Shown: in pieces, positions 22,069 to 31,991 of the stretch
Layout: each line of letters starts with the position of its first letter
Numbering within the stretch: the first letter of the stretch is position 1
Assembly (NCBI GenBank): GCA_016708565.1
Contig: JADJFN010000001.1
Location: 476,863 to 540,862, forward strand
DNA from: Myxococcales bacterium
GTDB lineage: Bacteria > Myxococcota_A > Polyangia > Haliangiales > Haliangiaceae
Direction of reading: 5' to 3'
DNA: 64,000 nucleotides
Notes under the pieces: generated by a model
What the model was told of the DNA's origin: nothing
Seen by the model: the letters and a program-made list of their open reading frames with translations, nothing else
Databases searched by the model: none
Made by a program: the position numbers and the translations under genes

Positions 22069-23007
22069 ATGCGGCGCGTGCTCGGACCCCTCGGCCACCT
22101 GGCGGCGCTCGCCGCCTACGGCGCGCGCCGCGGCCGCCAGGTCGATCACGATCTCGACGCGCACCGCGCGCTGACCTGGACCGCCGGTGACGGCCTGCCC
22201 CGCGGCCTGACGCTCGAGTGGCTCGGCACCGCCGGGTTCCGCCTCACCTACGAGGGCCAGCACCTGCTGATCGATCCGTACCTGACCCGGCTGCCGCTCG
22301 GCGATCTGTTGCGGCGGCGGGTGGTGCCGGCGGACGCGGCGGCGCTCGCCGGGGTGCCCGATCCGCTGGCGATCCTGGTCGGCCACACCCACTTCGATCA
22401 CGCGCTCGACGTGCCGGCGCTGGCCCGGCGCGCCGGCTGCCCGGTCTACGGCTCGGCCTCGCTGGCGCGGTTGATGGCGCTGCACGGCCAGCCCGAGCGC
22501 GCGGTCACCGTCGCGCCGCACCGCACCTACGACGTCGGGCCGTTCGCGGTGACGTTCGTGCCCAGCCTGCACAGCAAGCTGGCCGGCGGCCTGTGGGTGC
22601 CGTACGGCGGCGAGATCACCTGCGAGCACGTCGACGAGCTGGTGCCGCAGGCCTACAAGTGCGGCCAGGTCTGGGGCATCCACGTCGCGGTCGGCGGCGC
22701 GACCTTCTACCACCAGGGCTCGTGCGACCTCATCGACGCCGAGGTCCGGCACCGCGGCGTCGACGTGCTCCTGTGCGGGATCTCGGGCCGGCGCTTCACC
22801 CGCCGCTACGTCGCGCGGCTCCTGCGCGCGCTCGAGCCGCGGCTGGTGGTGCCGCACCACTTCGACGACTTCTTCCGGCCGCGGGCCGCGCCGATGGCGA
22901 TGAGCCTCAACGTCAACCTGGCCGGCTTCGTCGACGAGGTCGGCGCGGTGTCGCGCGACTTCGCGATCAAGACGCTGGGTTGCGGCCAGCCGGTGGGGGC
23001 GGCGTGA
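22069..23007 (+). CDS. MBL-fold metallo-hydrolase.
   Basis: LAILVGHTHFDHALD is the HxHxDH metal-binding motif of the metallo-beta-lactamase fold. Real start MRRVLGPL is internal to the 540-aa track ORF. Its stop overlaps the next gene's GTG (GTGA). Confidence 0.7.
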   Translation: MRRVLGPLGHLAALAAYGARRGRQVDHDLDAHRALTWTAGDGLPRGLTLEWLGTAGFRLTYEGQHLLIDPYLTRLPLGDLLRRRVVPADAAALAGVPDPLAILVGHTHFDHALDVPALARRAGCPVYGSASLARLMALHGQPERAVTVAPHRTYDVGPFAVTFVPSLHSKLAGGLWVPYGGEITCEHVDELVPQAYKCGQVWGIHVAVGGATFYHQGSCDLIDAEVRHRGVDVLLCGISGRRFTRRYVARLLRALEPRLVVPHHFDDFFRPRAAPMAMSLNVNLAGFVDEVGAVSRDFAIKTLGCGQPVGAA

Positions 23008-24524
23008 GCTTCCTCGACGCGCTGGTCGCCTACGCCCGCGCCGGCCACGTGGTGTGGATGGCGCCGGCCTGGCTCGCGGTGATCGTCGCGGTCAAGCGCT
23101 GGGCGCCCGAGGCGCGCCGGCGGGTGTGGCCGTCGACCGTGCTGTTGATCCTGGCGGCGCTGCTGGTGGTGTGGGGCGCCAGCGCCGACGCGCTCGGCTA
23201 CGACGATCAGCCGATCGCGGCCGCCGCCCTGGCGTTCGAGCTGCTCGCGGTGGTCGGCCTGGCCCAGGTCGCGGTGTTCACCGTCGCGCTGCCGCGGATC
23301 GGCGTGGTGGTGCCGCGGATCCTGGTCGACATCGCCACCGGCGTCGCGTCGGTGGTGGTGCTGATCGTCGTCGGCAAGCGCGCCGGCTGGTCGCTGGCCG
23401 GGCTGATCACCACCTCGGCGGTGCTGACCGCGGTGATCGGCTTCTCGCTGCAGGACACGCTCGGCAACCTGATGGGCGGCCTGGCGCTGCAGGCCGACAG
23501 CTCGATCAAGGTCGGCGACTGGATCACGCTCGGGCCCGGCGGCCCGGCCGGCCGGGTCAGCGAGATCCGCTGGCGCTACACCGCGATCGAGACCCGGGCC
23601 TGGGAGACCGTCGTGATCCCCAACTCGGTCTTGATGAAGAGCCAGGTCACGGTGCAGGGCCGCCGCGCCGGCGAGCCGCTGCAGCTGCGCCGTACGTTCG
23701 AGCTGTTCGTCGACTTCCGCACCGCGCCCACCGAGGTGATCGCCGCGGTGCTGCGCGAGCTGGGCGGCGATCCGGTGCCCAGCATGGCGACCACGCCGGC
23801 GCCCCAGGTGCTGTTCGCCGGCGTCCGCGACAGCTACGCGGTCTACACCGTGCGCTACTGGCTGACCGACCTCGCGATCGACGAGGTCACCGACAGCGCG
23901 GTGCGCATCCGCGCGTACTTCGCGCTGCGACGGGCCGGCATCCCGCTGTCGATCCCGGCCCAGGCGCTGTTCGTCACCGCCGAGACCGAGGACCGCCGCG
24001 CCCGCAAGCACGACGAGGAGCAGGCGCGCCGCCTGGCCGCGCTGGCCCGGGTCGATCTGTTCGCGCCGCTGGGCGCCGAGGAGCGCGCGACGCTGGCCGC
24101 GGCGCTGCGGCCGGCGCCGTTCGCCACCGGCGAGGCGGTCACGCACGAGGGCGACCCCGGCGACGGCCTGTACCTGATCACCGCGGGCGCCGCGGTGGTG
24201 CAGCTGGGCATGGGCGAACGCGCCCGCGAGATCGCGCGGCTCGGCCCCGGGCAGTTCTTCGGCGAGATGTCGTTGATGACCGGCGCCGCGCGCTCGGCCA
24301 CCGTCGTCGCGGCCACCGACCTCGAGTGCTACTGCATCGACAAGGCGGTGTTCCAGACGCTGGTCACCGCGCGCCCCGAGATCGCCGAGCAGATCGCCGA
24401 GGTGCTCGCGGCGCGGCGCGAGGCGCTGGAGTCGGCCCGCGGCCAGCGCGCCGCGACCAGCCAGGCCGAGGCCAAGGCCGATCTGGCCGATCGCATCCGC
24501 GGCTTCTTCGGGCTGCGCGGGTAG
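23004..24524 (+). CDS. MscS-family mechanosensitive channel with a C-terminal cyclic-nucleotide-binding domain (bCNG-like).
   Basis: TM helices, then the MscS core (GFSLQDTLGNLMGGLALQADSSIKVGDWI) and a C-terminal cNMP-binding domain (GDPGDGLYLITAGAAVV...FGEMSLMTGAARSATVVA). GTG start overlapping the upstream TGA. Confidence 0.8.
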   Translation: MSFLDALVAYARAGHVVWMAPAWLAVIVAVKRWAPEARRRVWPSTVLLILAALLVVWGASADALGYDDQPIAAAALAFELLAVVGLAQVAVFTVALPRIGVVVPRILVDIATGVASVVVLIVVGKRAGWSLAGLITTSAVLTAVIGFSLQDTLGNLMGGLALQADSSIKVGDWITLGPGGPAGRVSEIRWRYTAIETRAWETVVIPNSVLMKSQVTVQGRRAGEPLQLRRTFELFVDFRTAPTEVIAAVLRELGGDPVPSMATTPAPQVLFAGVRDSYAVYTVRYWLTDLAIDEVTDSAVRIRAYFALRRAGIPLSIPAQALFVTAETEDRRARKHDEEQARRLAALARVDLFAPLGAEERATLAAALRPAPFATGEAVTHEGDPGDGLYLITAGAAVVQLGMGERAREIARLGPGQFFGEMSLMTGAARSATVVAATDLECYCIDKAVFQTLVTARPEIAEQIAEVLAARREALESARGQRAATSQAEAKADLADRIRGFFGLRG

Positions 24525-24566
24525 GCGCTGCGGTCGGCCGCGCGCGTCGGCGCTGCGATGGCGAGC

Positions 24567-26708
24567 TCAGGGGACGGCCAGGATCTCGATCCAGGGCTGT
24601 CGCAGGTTGTAGACGCCGATCAGGGCGACGTGGCCCTGGTTGTCGCTGATGAGATCGTACGGCTCGACGGCGTCGAACCCGGGGCCGCCGTAGTCCGAGG
24701 CGCCGTTGGTGTCCTTGTCGAGTCGCCACACCTCGGCGCCGGTGGCGTCGTGGGCCAGGACCAGCGCGCCGGCGGCGAACGCGGAACGGCCCTGGAAGCG
24801 ATGCGCGCGGGCGGTGACGATGCGGCCGTCACGGTCGATCGCGACGAAGCGCCCGACGGTGCCGTCGACCTCGGGGACGCTGAAGGTGGTGGCGCCGGTG
24901 GCATCGAGGCGGACGAGCGCCGCCTCCGTCGCCATGACCAGGCCGCTCTGGTGATCGTAGGCGAGCTTGGTCCTCGTCAGGCCGCTGATGGTCCACGGCG
25001 CGCCTCGCGGTGTGCCGTCGAACGCGAAGCGATCGATCGTGGTCGCCGAGGCGGCGACGTCGTAACGGGCGACGGCCAGTTCGGCGGCCGATGCGGTGAT
25101 GGCCAGGGGCAGCTCGATCGGGGTGCGCCAGCGCACCGTGCCGTCGGTCGCCGCACGCACCGCCAGCTCGTCGTTCCACGCGAGCGCCACTTCGTCGCCG
25201 ACCGGGGCCAGCACCGGCACGAAGGCCGGCGTTGTCGTGGGCAGCGGCTGGGCCCAAACGGTCGCGCCGGCGCCGTCGAGCCGGAGCAACGTGTAGGTGG
25301 TCTGGTCCGGACCAAGCACGACCAGGTACGCGGCGCCGGTCGCGGTGGTGGCGGCATCGACGACCCACCGGAACTCGGACGGCAAGGCGCGTGACCAGCG
25401 CATCGCGCCCGTCGGCGCCAGGCGCGACACGATGAGCGCAGGAGGTTCTTGCAGGCGATCGTCGCCGGCCGCCAGCAGATCGCCGTCGGCGAAGAACGCG
25501 GCGGCTGCGACCGGGACCTCGGGCAGGAGCGTGGTTACCTCGCCATCGTCCTTGGCGAACGTGGCGGTGGCCGCGCGATCGTTCACGGTCAGGCCGAGTT
25601 CGCACGTCCGACCGATGCCGCCACAGGCGCCCGACCAGCCGGTGAACCGCGACGGCGTGCGGGCCCGCAGCACCGGGTGGTCGCCGGGCTCGACGTGGAG
25701 CGTGCAGTCGTCGGTGCAGGTGCTGGCCACGGGGTCGTAGCTCACCGTGCCGACCGCCTCGCCGTCGAGGCTGAGCGCGATGGCCTTGGCGGCTGGGCTA
25801 GCGAAGTGCACGATCCAGCTCGGCGTGAACGAACGCGGCACGAGCGAGATCGTGCGCGTCGCCGAGGCGCCGGCAAGATGGCTGCCGCCGGTCGGCGTCG
25901 CGGTGAGCGTGACGCGGTCGTCGTCGAAGGCCCGCGCGCAGACGCCGACATCACCAGTGCCGCAATCGATGCCCGCCGGCGACGAGGTGATCGTGCCAGT
26001 GCCGGCGCCGCGGGGGTAGACCTCGACGCCGCTGATGAAGCGACCATCGATGGGGACGGTGGCGCCGCCGAGGTGCATCGCGCCGATCGCGCAGCCGCGG
26101 GCGAGCGGCGTGTACGCGACGCGCATCGTGCACGCCGCGCCGCCGGTGAGCATCGGGCCGCAGTCCGAGGCGGTGTTGCCGATGAAGCCGGCGCCGCTGA
26201 AGGCGGGCGCGCCGAGCGGGATCGGCGTGGTGCCTTGGTTGGAGACGATGAACTCCGAGATCCCGAGCGCGACCGCGCCGCGGCTGAACGATAGGTTGGC
26301 GGCGCCGATGAACAACCCGGTGGTCGTGGCGATCGCGGTGCCGGTCAGCGCGATGCGCGTGGCGCCGACGCGCAGCGATGCCCGCTTCGCGCCGAGCGAC
26401 TGGGGCGCGAAGTCGACCTGTACGAAGCACAGGTCGCCGGTGCCGAGGCGGCGGCCCTCGTCGCAGTCGGTGACCGGGGCGATCACGAACTCGGCGGCAT
26501 CGGCGCCGTCGAGCGCCAGCGAGATCGGGCCCGGCGCGCCGTCGTTGCGGAAGGTGATGACCGTGGTTGCGCGCTGCACGAGCTGGGTGTCGGGTGCCGC
26601 CCAGGCGGTCGCGGGCGCGCAGGCGATCTCCGCGTTCGGCGCGGCCTCGTCGGCGCCGCCGCAGGCGAGCACCAGCCCGCAGAGGGCAACAACGACGTGG
26701 CCGCGCAT
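24567..26708 (-). CDS. Large secreted lipoprotein, probably beta-rich, possibly beta-propeller-like.
   Basis: MRGHVVVALCGLVLAC lipobox. 713 aa, Gly/Thr/Ala-rich with recurring D-G-T/A-V-W-type strands in the C-terminal half. No catalytic motif. Confidence 0.55.
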   Translation of the reverse strand: MRGHVVVALCGLVLACGGADEAAPNAEIACAPATAWAAPDTQLVQRATTVITFRNDGAPGPISLALDGADAAEFVIAPVTDCDEGRRLGTGDLCFVQVDFAPQSLGAKRASLRVGATRIALTGTAIATTTGLFIGAANLSFSRGAVALGISEFIVSNQGTTPIPLGAPAFSGAGFIGNTASDCGPMLTGGAACTMRVAYTPLARGCAIGAMHLGGATVPIDGRFISGVEVYPRGAGTGTITSSPAGIDCGTGDVGVCARAFDDDRVTLTATPTGGSHLAGASATRTISLVPRSFTPSWIVHFASPAAKAIALSLDGEAVGTVSYDPVASTCTDDCTLHVEPGDHPVLRARTPSRFTGWSGACGGIGRTCELGLTVNDRAATATFAKDDGEVTTLLPEVPVAAAAFFADGDLLAAGDDRLQEPPALIVSRLAPTGAMRWSRALPSEFRWVVDAATTATGAAYLVVLGPDQTTYTLLRLDGAGATVWAQPLPTTTPAFVPVLAPVGDEVALAWNDELAVRAATDGTVRWRTPIELPLAITASAAELAVARYDVAASATTIDRFAFDGTPRGAPWTISGLTRTKLAYDHQSGLVMATEAALVRLDATGATTFSVPEVDGTVGRFVAIDRDGRIVTARAHRFQGRSAFAAGALVLAHDATGAEVWRLDKDTNGASDYGGPGFDAVEPYDLISDNQGHVALIGVYNLRQPWIEILAVP

Positions 26709-26717
26709 CGCGCGATG

Positions 26718-27743
26718 TTACCGCGCGCGCGGCAGGTCGCCCAGCGAGACCGCGACGTCGATCCGGTAGCGCAGCCGGTCCTGCCACGAGGTCGCCGGCA
26801 CGCCGCGGCGCGTGCGCACGCCAACGAGCACCAGCATGATGATCAAGCACACCGCGACCAGCGCGGTGGTGCCGCGGGCCCGGCCGGTATCGACGACGGC
26901 GTCGGCCCGATCGTCGGCGAGGACTGTCGTGAGCGCGATCACGATCGCCGCGAGGCCCACCGCGATGCCAGCGTGGGCCGGACGGGTCGGCGGCACGGCC
27001 AGCGCGATCGCGGCCGCGGTGAGCGCGAGCGCGACGAGCTGCGCGCGTCGCCCAGGGACCGTGCGCGCGGTCACGTGCGCGGCGAGGATGAGCGCGATGA
27101 GCGTCCAGCGCGGCGCGAGGTCATGGCCGTCGAACGGCAGGGCTGCGAGCACGAGCACCAGCGTGACGCGGCCGATGGCGTGTCCGGCGTCGAGGCGCGT
27201 GAAGATCAGGCCGAGCACCAGCGCGAAGCCCCAGCCGTCGTCGAGGAGATGCGCGCTCGCGGCGACCCGATGGGTGAGCAGATCGAGCCCGGCCTGGAGC
27301 CCGCGTGGGTGGTGCGCGGCGCTGCCGAGGCCGTGGTGATCGCCGGCGCCGGCGAGGATGGCCAGCCCGGCGAAGGCGCAGGCGATGGCGACCGGCGCCC
27401 GGGGCCATCCTCGCGCGCCGAGCGGCGTCGGGGACGCGGCCCAGGCCCCGCCGAGCGCGGCGCCGAGCCCCAGGGCGATATCGATGAGCGCGGTCGGCGC
27501 ACCGCGCTGCACGAGCGCCCCCAGCGGCGCGACGAGCGCGAGGCCCCAGGAGATCGCCAGCGCGACCGGCGCGTCGTCGCGAGCAAGCGCGCGCCCGACG
27601 ACGCGCCCGAGGCCGTGTAGCCCCCCGGCGACGCCGAGCGTGCCGGCGACGAGTGCGAGCCGCACGTCGAGCCCAGGCACGAGCGGGAGCGCCTGCGCGC
27701 CGACGATCAGGGCGACCACCGCGACGGCGCGCGCGCGCGGCCT
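26718..27743 (-). CDS. Polytopic membrane protein (about 341 aa), unknown function.
   Basis: GTG start inferred where the upstream lipoprotein's stop overlaps it (GTGA). Multiple hydrophobic helices and several His (HHGLGSAAHH). Confidence 0.5.
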   Translation of the reverse strand, partial: RPRARAVAVVALIVGAQALPLVPGLDVRLALVAGTLGVAGGLHGLGRVVGRALARDDAPVALAISWGLALVAPLGALVQRGAPTALIDIALGLGAALGGAWAASPTPLGARGWPRAPVAIACAFAGLAILAGAGDHHGLGSAAHHPRGLQAGLDLLTHRVAASAHLLDDGWGFALVLGLIFTRLDAGHAIGRVTLVLVLAALPFDGHDLAPRWTLIALILAAHVTARTVPGRRAQLVALALTAAAIALAVPPTRPAHAGIAVGLAAIVIALTTVLADDRADAVVDTGRARGTTALVAVCLIIMLVLVGVRTRRGVPATSWQDRLRYRIDVAVSLGDLPRAR

Positions 27744-28306
27744 CACCGCGCCGGCTCCCAGCGCACGCCGTCGAGCCGTGCCGCGGCCATGCGCGACGGC
27801 TCGCGCATCGGCTCGCCGACCGACGACAGGATCACGTATACGTCCTGCCACGCGCCGCTCGGGTGGACGTCGAGCGTGACCTCGAAGCTGCCGTCGGGGG
27901 CGAGCGCGCCGGCGTAGGCGACCGCGCCAGCGAAGGTGACGGTGAGGTCGGGCTCGGTGAGCACCCGCGTGCGATCGACGCGGCCGTGGAGCCACAGCCG
28001 CATGGCGCCGGTGCCGCGCACCCGCAGCCGCGCGGTCGCGCCCATCCACCGCGCCGGCGCGGCCTCGCCGCTCTTGCACCGCTGGCCGCGATCGCGATCG
28101 ACCACGGAGCCATCGGGGGCCACGCACTGGATCGCCGAAAGGTCGTCTTCGAAGCGAAGGTCGCTGCGGTTGCCGAGCTGCCATGCCGCCACCAGGCCCT
28201 CGCGCACCGCGAGGTCGCGGACGAAGGCCTCGCGGGCCCGGACGCCGGCCGACGGCGCCGGCTCGCTGCACGCGGCGAGGGCGATCGTCAGCGCGAGGCG
28301 CTTCAT
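27743..28306 (-). CDS. Lipoprotein (187 aa).
   Basis: MKRLALTIALAAC lipobox. Start ATG overlaps the upstream gene's TGA (ATGA), and its stop overlaps the downstream gene's GTG. Confidence 0.6.
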   Translation of the reverse strand: MKRLALTIALAACSEPAPSAGVRAREAFVRDLAVREGLVAAWQLGNRSDLRFEDDLSAIQCVAPDGSVVDRDRGQRCKSGEAAPARWMGATARLRVRGTGAMRLWLHGRVDRTRVLTEPDLTVTFAGAVAYAGALAPDGSFEVTLDVHPSGAWQDVYVILSSVGEPMREPSRMAAARLDGVRWEPAR

Positions 28307-30207
28307 CGCCGGCTCTCCAGATCGAGCAGCACCATGCCGTCGCGTTCGAAGAGGATCGCGCGGGTGGTGGCCAGCGCCGCCGATGTCTCGACCGCGTCGA
28401 CGGTGTGCGCGCCGATCACCTGCCACAGCTCGCTGTCGAACAGCGTGCGCAGCACCCAGTAGTCGCGACGGTAGAAGTAGCGCGAGCGATCGCCGCGGAC
28501 GAACGCGTAATAGCGGATGCCCTGGCCGCGCAGGTAGGTCGCCAATGCCTCGGGGCCGGCGAACGCGGGCCAGCCCGGTGCCGGGCTCACGTAGCCGGGG
28601 GTGTCGACGTTGATGATGTCGTTGCGCCGGTAGTCAAGCAGGAACGGCTGATCGAGCAGCACGGCGAGCGTCGCCCCAGGCGGGGTCGCGGCCTGAAGCT
28701 CGGCGTAGAGCGCGCGTGGCGCGGCGATTTCCTCGGCGGCGGGGCCGCGGTGGGCGCCGTCGAGATCGCGTGCGAGATTGGCGTAGCTGCTGATCATGCT
28801 GGGCGCGGTGATCGCGAGCTGGGTCAGGAGCGCCACGAGCGCGATCAGGCGGGCCAGCGCCGGGGTGGTCACTGCTGCGTCGGGCTGGTGGCTGGGCTCG
28901 ACGATGGCGACCACGGTCCACGCGGTCATGAAGCCGAACGCGTACCGCCACAGGTTGGGCGGATCTGACAGCGAGAAGGCGTGGACCAGCTCGACGAAGC
29001 CGAGCGTGCACGCGACCGCGAGCGCGGTGAGCGGCGCGCCGGGGCGGCGATCGCGGATCGCGAACAGCACCAGCGCCAGCGGCAACATGACGCGGATCGG
29101 CGTGGGCTCGACGGCGACCTTGCCGAAGAACTGCAGCTCGCGCCACAGCGACCCGGTCGCGCCGAGCTGGATGTCGGGGTTGAAGTTGCCGGGCCACAGC
29201 GGATACAGCGGTGTGCCGCAGGTGCGCCATGCGGCGATCGCGTAGGGCAGGAGCCCGACGGCGAAGCCGAGCGCCAGCGCAGTCCAGCGATCGCGGCGGG
29301 CGAACGGCTGCGGCGACCACGCCAGGGTGGCGAGTACGAACACGCCGGCGATGAACAGGTTGGTCTGGCGCAGCGACGCCGCCGCGGCGGCGACCAGCGC
29401 CACCATCACCCACCGACGCGTGGTGTCCTCAAGTGTGGCGGTGCGGTACAGCGCCAGACACAGCGCCAGCCCGGACCAGTGGCTGCCGGTGTTGATCGAC
29501 GTGTCGGGCAGGACCGCCAGTACGAGCAAGAGCGCGGCCACCAGCGCGTGATCGATCGCGGCGCGACCGCGGGCCAAGCCGATCACCAGCGCGAACGTGA
29601 TGAGGCGGAACAGGCCGTGGTCGACGAGGTACGGGTTGGCCAGCGTCCCGCGCACCGCGCCGAGCGACGCCAGGATCGTCTGCCCGCCGTACGCCGAGAT
29701 GCGGCGGAAGCTGAAGCGCTCGTCGAGGTCACCGATCTGTAGGAGGCGGCGCACCAGCGCGGTGTAGGCGAGATCGTCGTCGTTGACGTTGACCTGGCGG
29801 TTGGCGATGCCGTGCAGCACGTCGATCGCCACCGCGAGCGCGATCAGGCCGTAGAGCGCCAGCGCCGGGCGATCGCGGAGCGCGTGCCAGGTGGCCCCGA
29901 CGTCCGGCGGCGCCGCGGTGACGACGTGCCAGCCGTAGCCGACCGCGCCGACGCCGAGCAGCGCGAGCTGTACCGGCGCGCTGAGCACGCCGAGCATCAT
30001 CAGCCAGCCGCCGACGGCGAGGTAGGCGGCGCAGCCCCACGCCAGGCGGAGGCCGAGATCGACGTCGAGCCGCGCGGCGCGCGCGACCCACCGCCCCCAG
30101 CCGGCGAGGCTGGTCGCCAGCACCAGCAGCCACGCGGCGCCGCCGAGCAGCCGATCGTCGGGCCAGCCGAGGCCGACGACGGCGCCGGTCGCCGGCGCGG
30201 CGAGCAT
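28303..30207 (-). CDS. Large polytopic membrane protein (about 634 aa) with a C-terminal soluble domain; GT-C-like architecture.
   Basis: About 12-14 predicted TM helices followed by a roughly 150-aa soluble tail. Real start taken at the ATG giving MLAAPATGAVVGLGW. The upstream 300 codons of the 939-aa track ORF are Arg-rich nonsense. Confidence 0.55.
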   Translation of the reverse strand: MLAAPATGAVVGLGWPDDRLLGGAAWLLVLATSLAGWGRWVARAARLDVDLGLRLAWGCAAYLAVGGWLMMLGVLSAPVQLALLGVGAVGYGWHVVTAAPPDVGATWHALRDRPALALYGLIALAVAIDVLHGIANRQVNVNDDDLAYTALVRRLLQIGDLDERFSFRRISAYGGQTILASLGAVRGTLANPYLVDHGLFRLITFALVIGLARGRAAIDHALVAALLLVLAVLPDTSINTGSHWSGLALCLALYRTATLEDTTRRWVMVALVAAAAASLRQTNLFIAGVFVLATLAWSPQPFARRDRWTALALGFAVGLLPYAIAAWRTCGTPLYPLWPGNFNPDIQLGATGSLWRELQFFGKVAVEPTPIRVMLPLALVLFAIRDRRPGAPLTALAVACTLGFVELVHAFSLSDPPNLWRYAFGFMTAWTVVAIVEPSHQPDAAVTTPALARLIALVALLTQLAITAPSMISSYANLARDLDGAHRGPAAEEIAAPRALYAELQAATPPGATLAVLLDQPFLLDYRRNDIINVDTPGYVSPAPGWPAFAGPEALATYLRGQGIRYYAFVRGDRSRYFYRRDYWVLRTLFDSELWQVIGAHTVDAVETSAALATTRAILFERDGMVLLDLESRR

Positions 30208-30510
30208 GAACGCGCGCGCGGCGAGCCGGCCGCGCGCGGTCACACCGGCCCCGCGGCGGCGTGCTCCTCGGGGCTCACCGTCCTGGCCCCGCGCCGCGAC
30301 GCCGTGCTGTCGGCGAGCGCCATCGGGCTGAACACGTGCGCGCGCCGATCGCGCAGATGCTCGACGATGGACGGCCTGCAGCGCATCGGGGCGGAAGCTA
30401 ACCCAAGCCCGGGAGCGCCGCAATCCGGCCGCTGAGGCCAAGGCCGTGGCGCCGCGCGCGCGCGACGTCGAGGAGGCGCTGCGGTCGGCGGCGAGCCGCG
30501 GCATCGGCCC

Positions 30511-31008
30511 ATGGCGCAGCCGCTGCACCACCGCGCGACCCACGCCGACCTGGCGGCGCTGCCGGCGCACGTGGTCGGCGAGATCGTCGATGGCGAGCTG
30601 TACGGCCCGTTCGGCAAGGGCCGCGGCGGCCCCGGCGGCGGGATCATCCTCGACGAGCCCGAGCTGCACCTCGGGGCCGACGTGGTGGTGCCCGACCTGG
30701 CCGGCTGGCGGCGCGCGCGGATGCCCGAGCTGCCCGACGTCGCGGCGTTCACGCTGGCGCCGGACTGGGCCGCCGAGGTGCTGTCGGCGTCGACCGCGCG
30801 GCTGGATCGGGTGGGCAAGCTGCCGGTCTACGCGCGCGAGGCGGTCGGCCACGTGTGGCTGATCGATCCGGTGGCGCAGACGCTCGAGGTGTTCAAACTC
30901 GACGGCGCGCGCTACGCGCTGATCCTGACCGCGGGCGGGGACGCCGTGGTGCGGGCCGAGCCGTTCGACGCGATCGAGCTGGCGCTGGCGTCGCTGTGGG
31001 CGCGGTGA
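30511..31008 (+). CDS. Uma2-family (DUF820) putative restriction-endonuclease-fold protein.
   Basis: PDWAAEVLSASTARLDRVGKLPVYAREAVGHVWLIDPVAQTLEVF matches the Uma2 (D..EVxS...D...K...Y...GV.EYW..DP) core. Confidence 0.7.
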   Translation: MAQPLHHRATHADLAALPAHVVGEIVDGELYGPFGKGRGGPGGGIILDEPELHLGADVVVPDLAGWRRARMPELPDVAAFTLAPDWAAEVLSASTARLDRVGKLPVYAREAVGHVWLIDPVAQTLEVFKLDGARYALILTAGGDAVVRAEPFDAIELALASLWAR

Positions 31009-31036
31009 CGGCCGCCGGATCGGGCATGCTGCCGGC

Positions 31037-31585
31037 ATGGCCACCCATCCGCGGTATCGCGTCGACGCGGGCGCGCACTGCATCGACGTCCGCCTGACCT
31101 CGATCGAGCAGCTGTTCGACAACCGCGATCCCGCGCCGTTCCGCAGCCGCGACCTCGACCCCGACCTGCTCGAGTACCTGGTGGCCGCCGGCGAGGACCT
31201 GCTGGCCCACGGCCCGCTGCGCGTCGTGCTGTGGTTCCCGACCGCGGTCGACGCCGACCGCGTCGTGCCGGCCTACCGCGCGCACCTCGACTACGAGCTG
31301 GCACGGCTGGCGCGCCGGCGCCGCCGCGAGCGCCGCACCGCGCTGGCCCAGCTCGCCCTCGGCGCGCTGTTCCTGGTCGCGCTGGTGTCGCTGGCCCAGC
31401 TCGCCGGCGACCTGCCGCGCCTCGGCGCCATCGCCCGCGAGGGCCTCACCATCTCGGCCTGGGTCATCCTGTGGCGCCCGATCCAGGCGCTGGTCTACGA
31501 CTGGATCCCCGCCCACCGCGAGCGCCGCGTGCTGGCCCGGCTCCGCGACGCGCCGGTCGCGATCGCGGTGGGGGAGGCGGGGTGA
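31037..31585 (+). CDS. Hypothetical protein with two C-terminal hydrophobic helices.
   Basis: ORF directly downstream of the Uma2 gene. No motif recognised. Confidence 0.3.
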   Translation: MATHPRYRVDAGAHCIDVRLTSIEQLFDNRDPAPFRSRDLDPDLLEYLVAAGEDLLAHGPLRVVLWFPTAVDADRVVPAYRAHLDYELARLARRRRRERRTALAQLALGALFLVALVSLAQLAGDLPRLGAIAREGLTISAWVILWRPIQALVYDWIPAHRERRVLARLRDAPVAIAVGEAG

Positions 31586-31991
31586 GGGCGTCCGGGGAGG
31601 CGTCCTCCGCGTCGACGAACTGGCGCGGTTTGACTCGGCGAGCGGCGGGGGGCGGCTCGTCGCCAGCGCGGGCAATTAGGGCGCCAGCGCGCCGGGGCAC
31701 GGTCGGCGCCCGACCTCTCGCCTGGCGCAACAACGGACGGCACGCGCGGGGAACCGCGCTCCGTGCGCATCGCGATGGCGAGCGCGGCGCTACGGCGGCA
31801 CCGAGGTCCGTGGCGGTCCAAGGTGACGGCCCCCCAAGAATCCTCGGTCGAACTGAGCGACACCTCTGATCGCCCAATCGAGGCCCGCAGTCCCGGGCCT
31901 GAGGGGACCTGCGGCGCCTCGGCGTGAGGGTGTGGATGGCCGGCGACTTCGACGGTGTGCAGGGGCCTTTTCGGCCCGTGAGGGTGGTCGG

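Noticed and set aside
31586-31991. 400-bp gene-free gap, possible sRNA or riboswitch.
   Set aside because: Only weak short hairpins (GGAGG-cgt-CCTCC; GGGCC-ttttc-GGCCC). No recognisable riboswitch core, promoter or terminator. Left unannotated.
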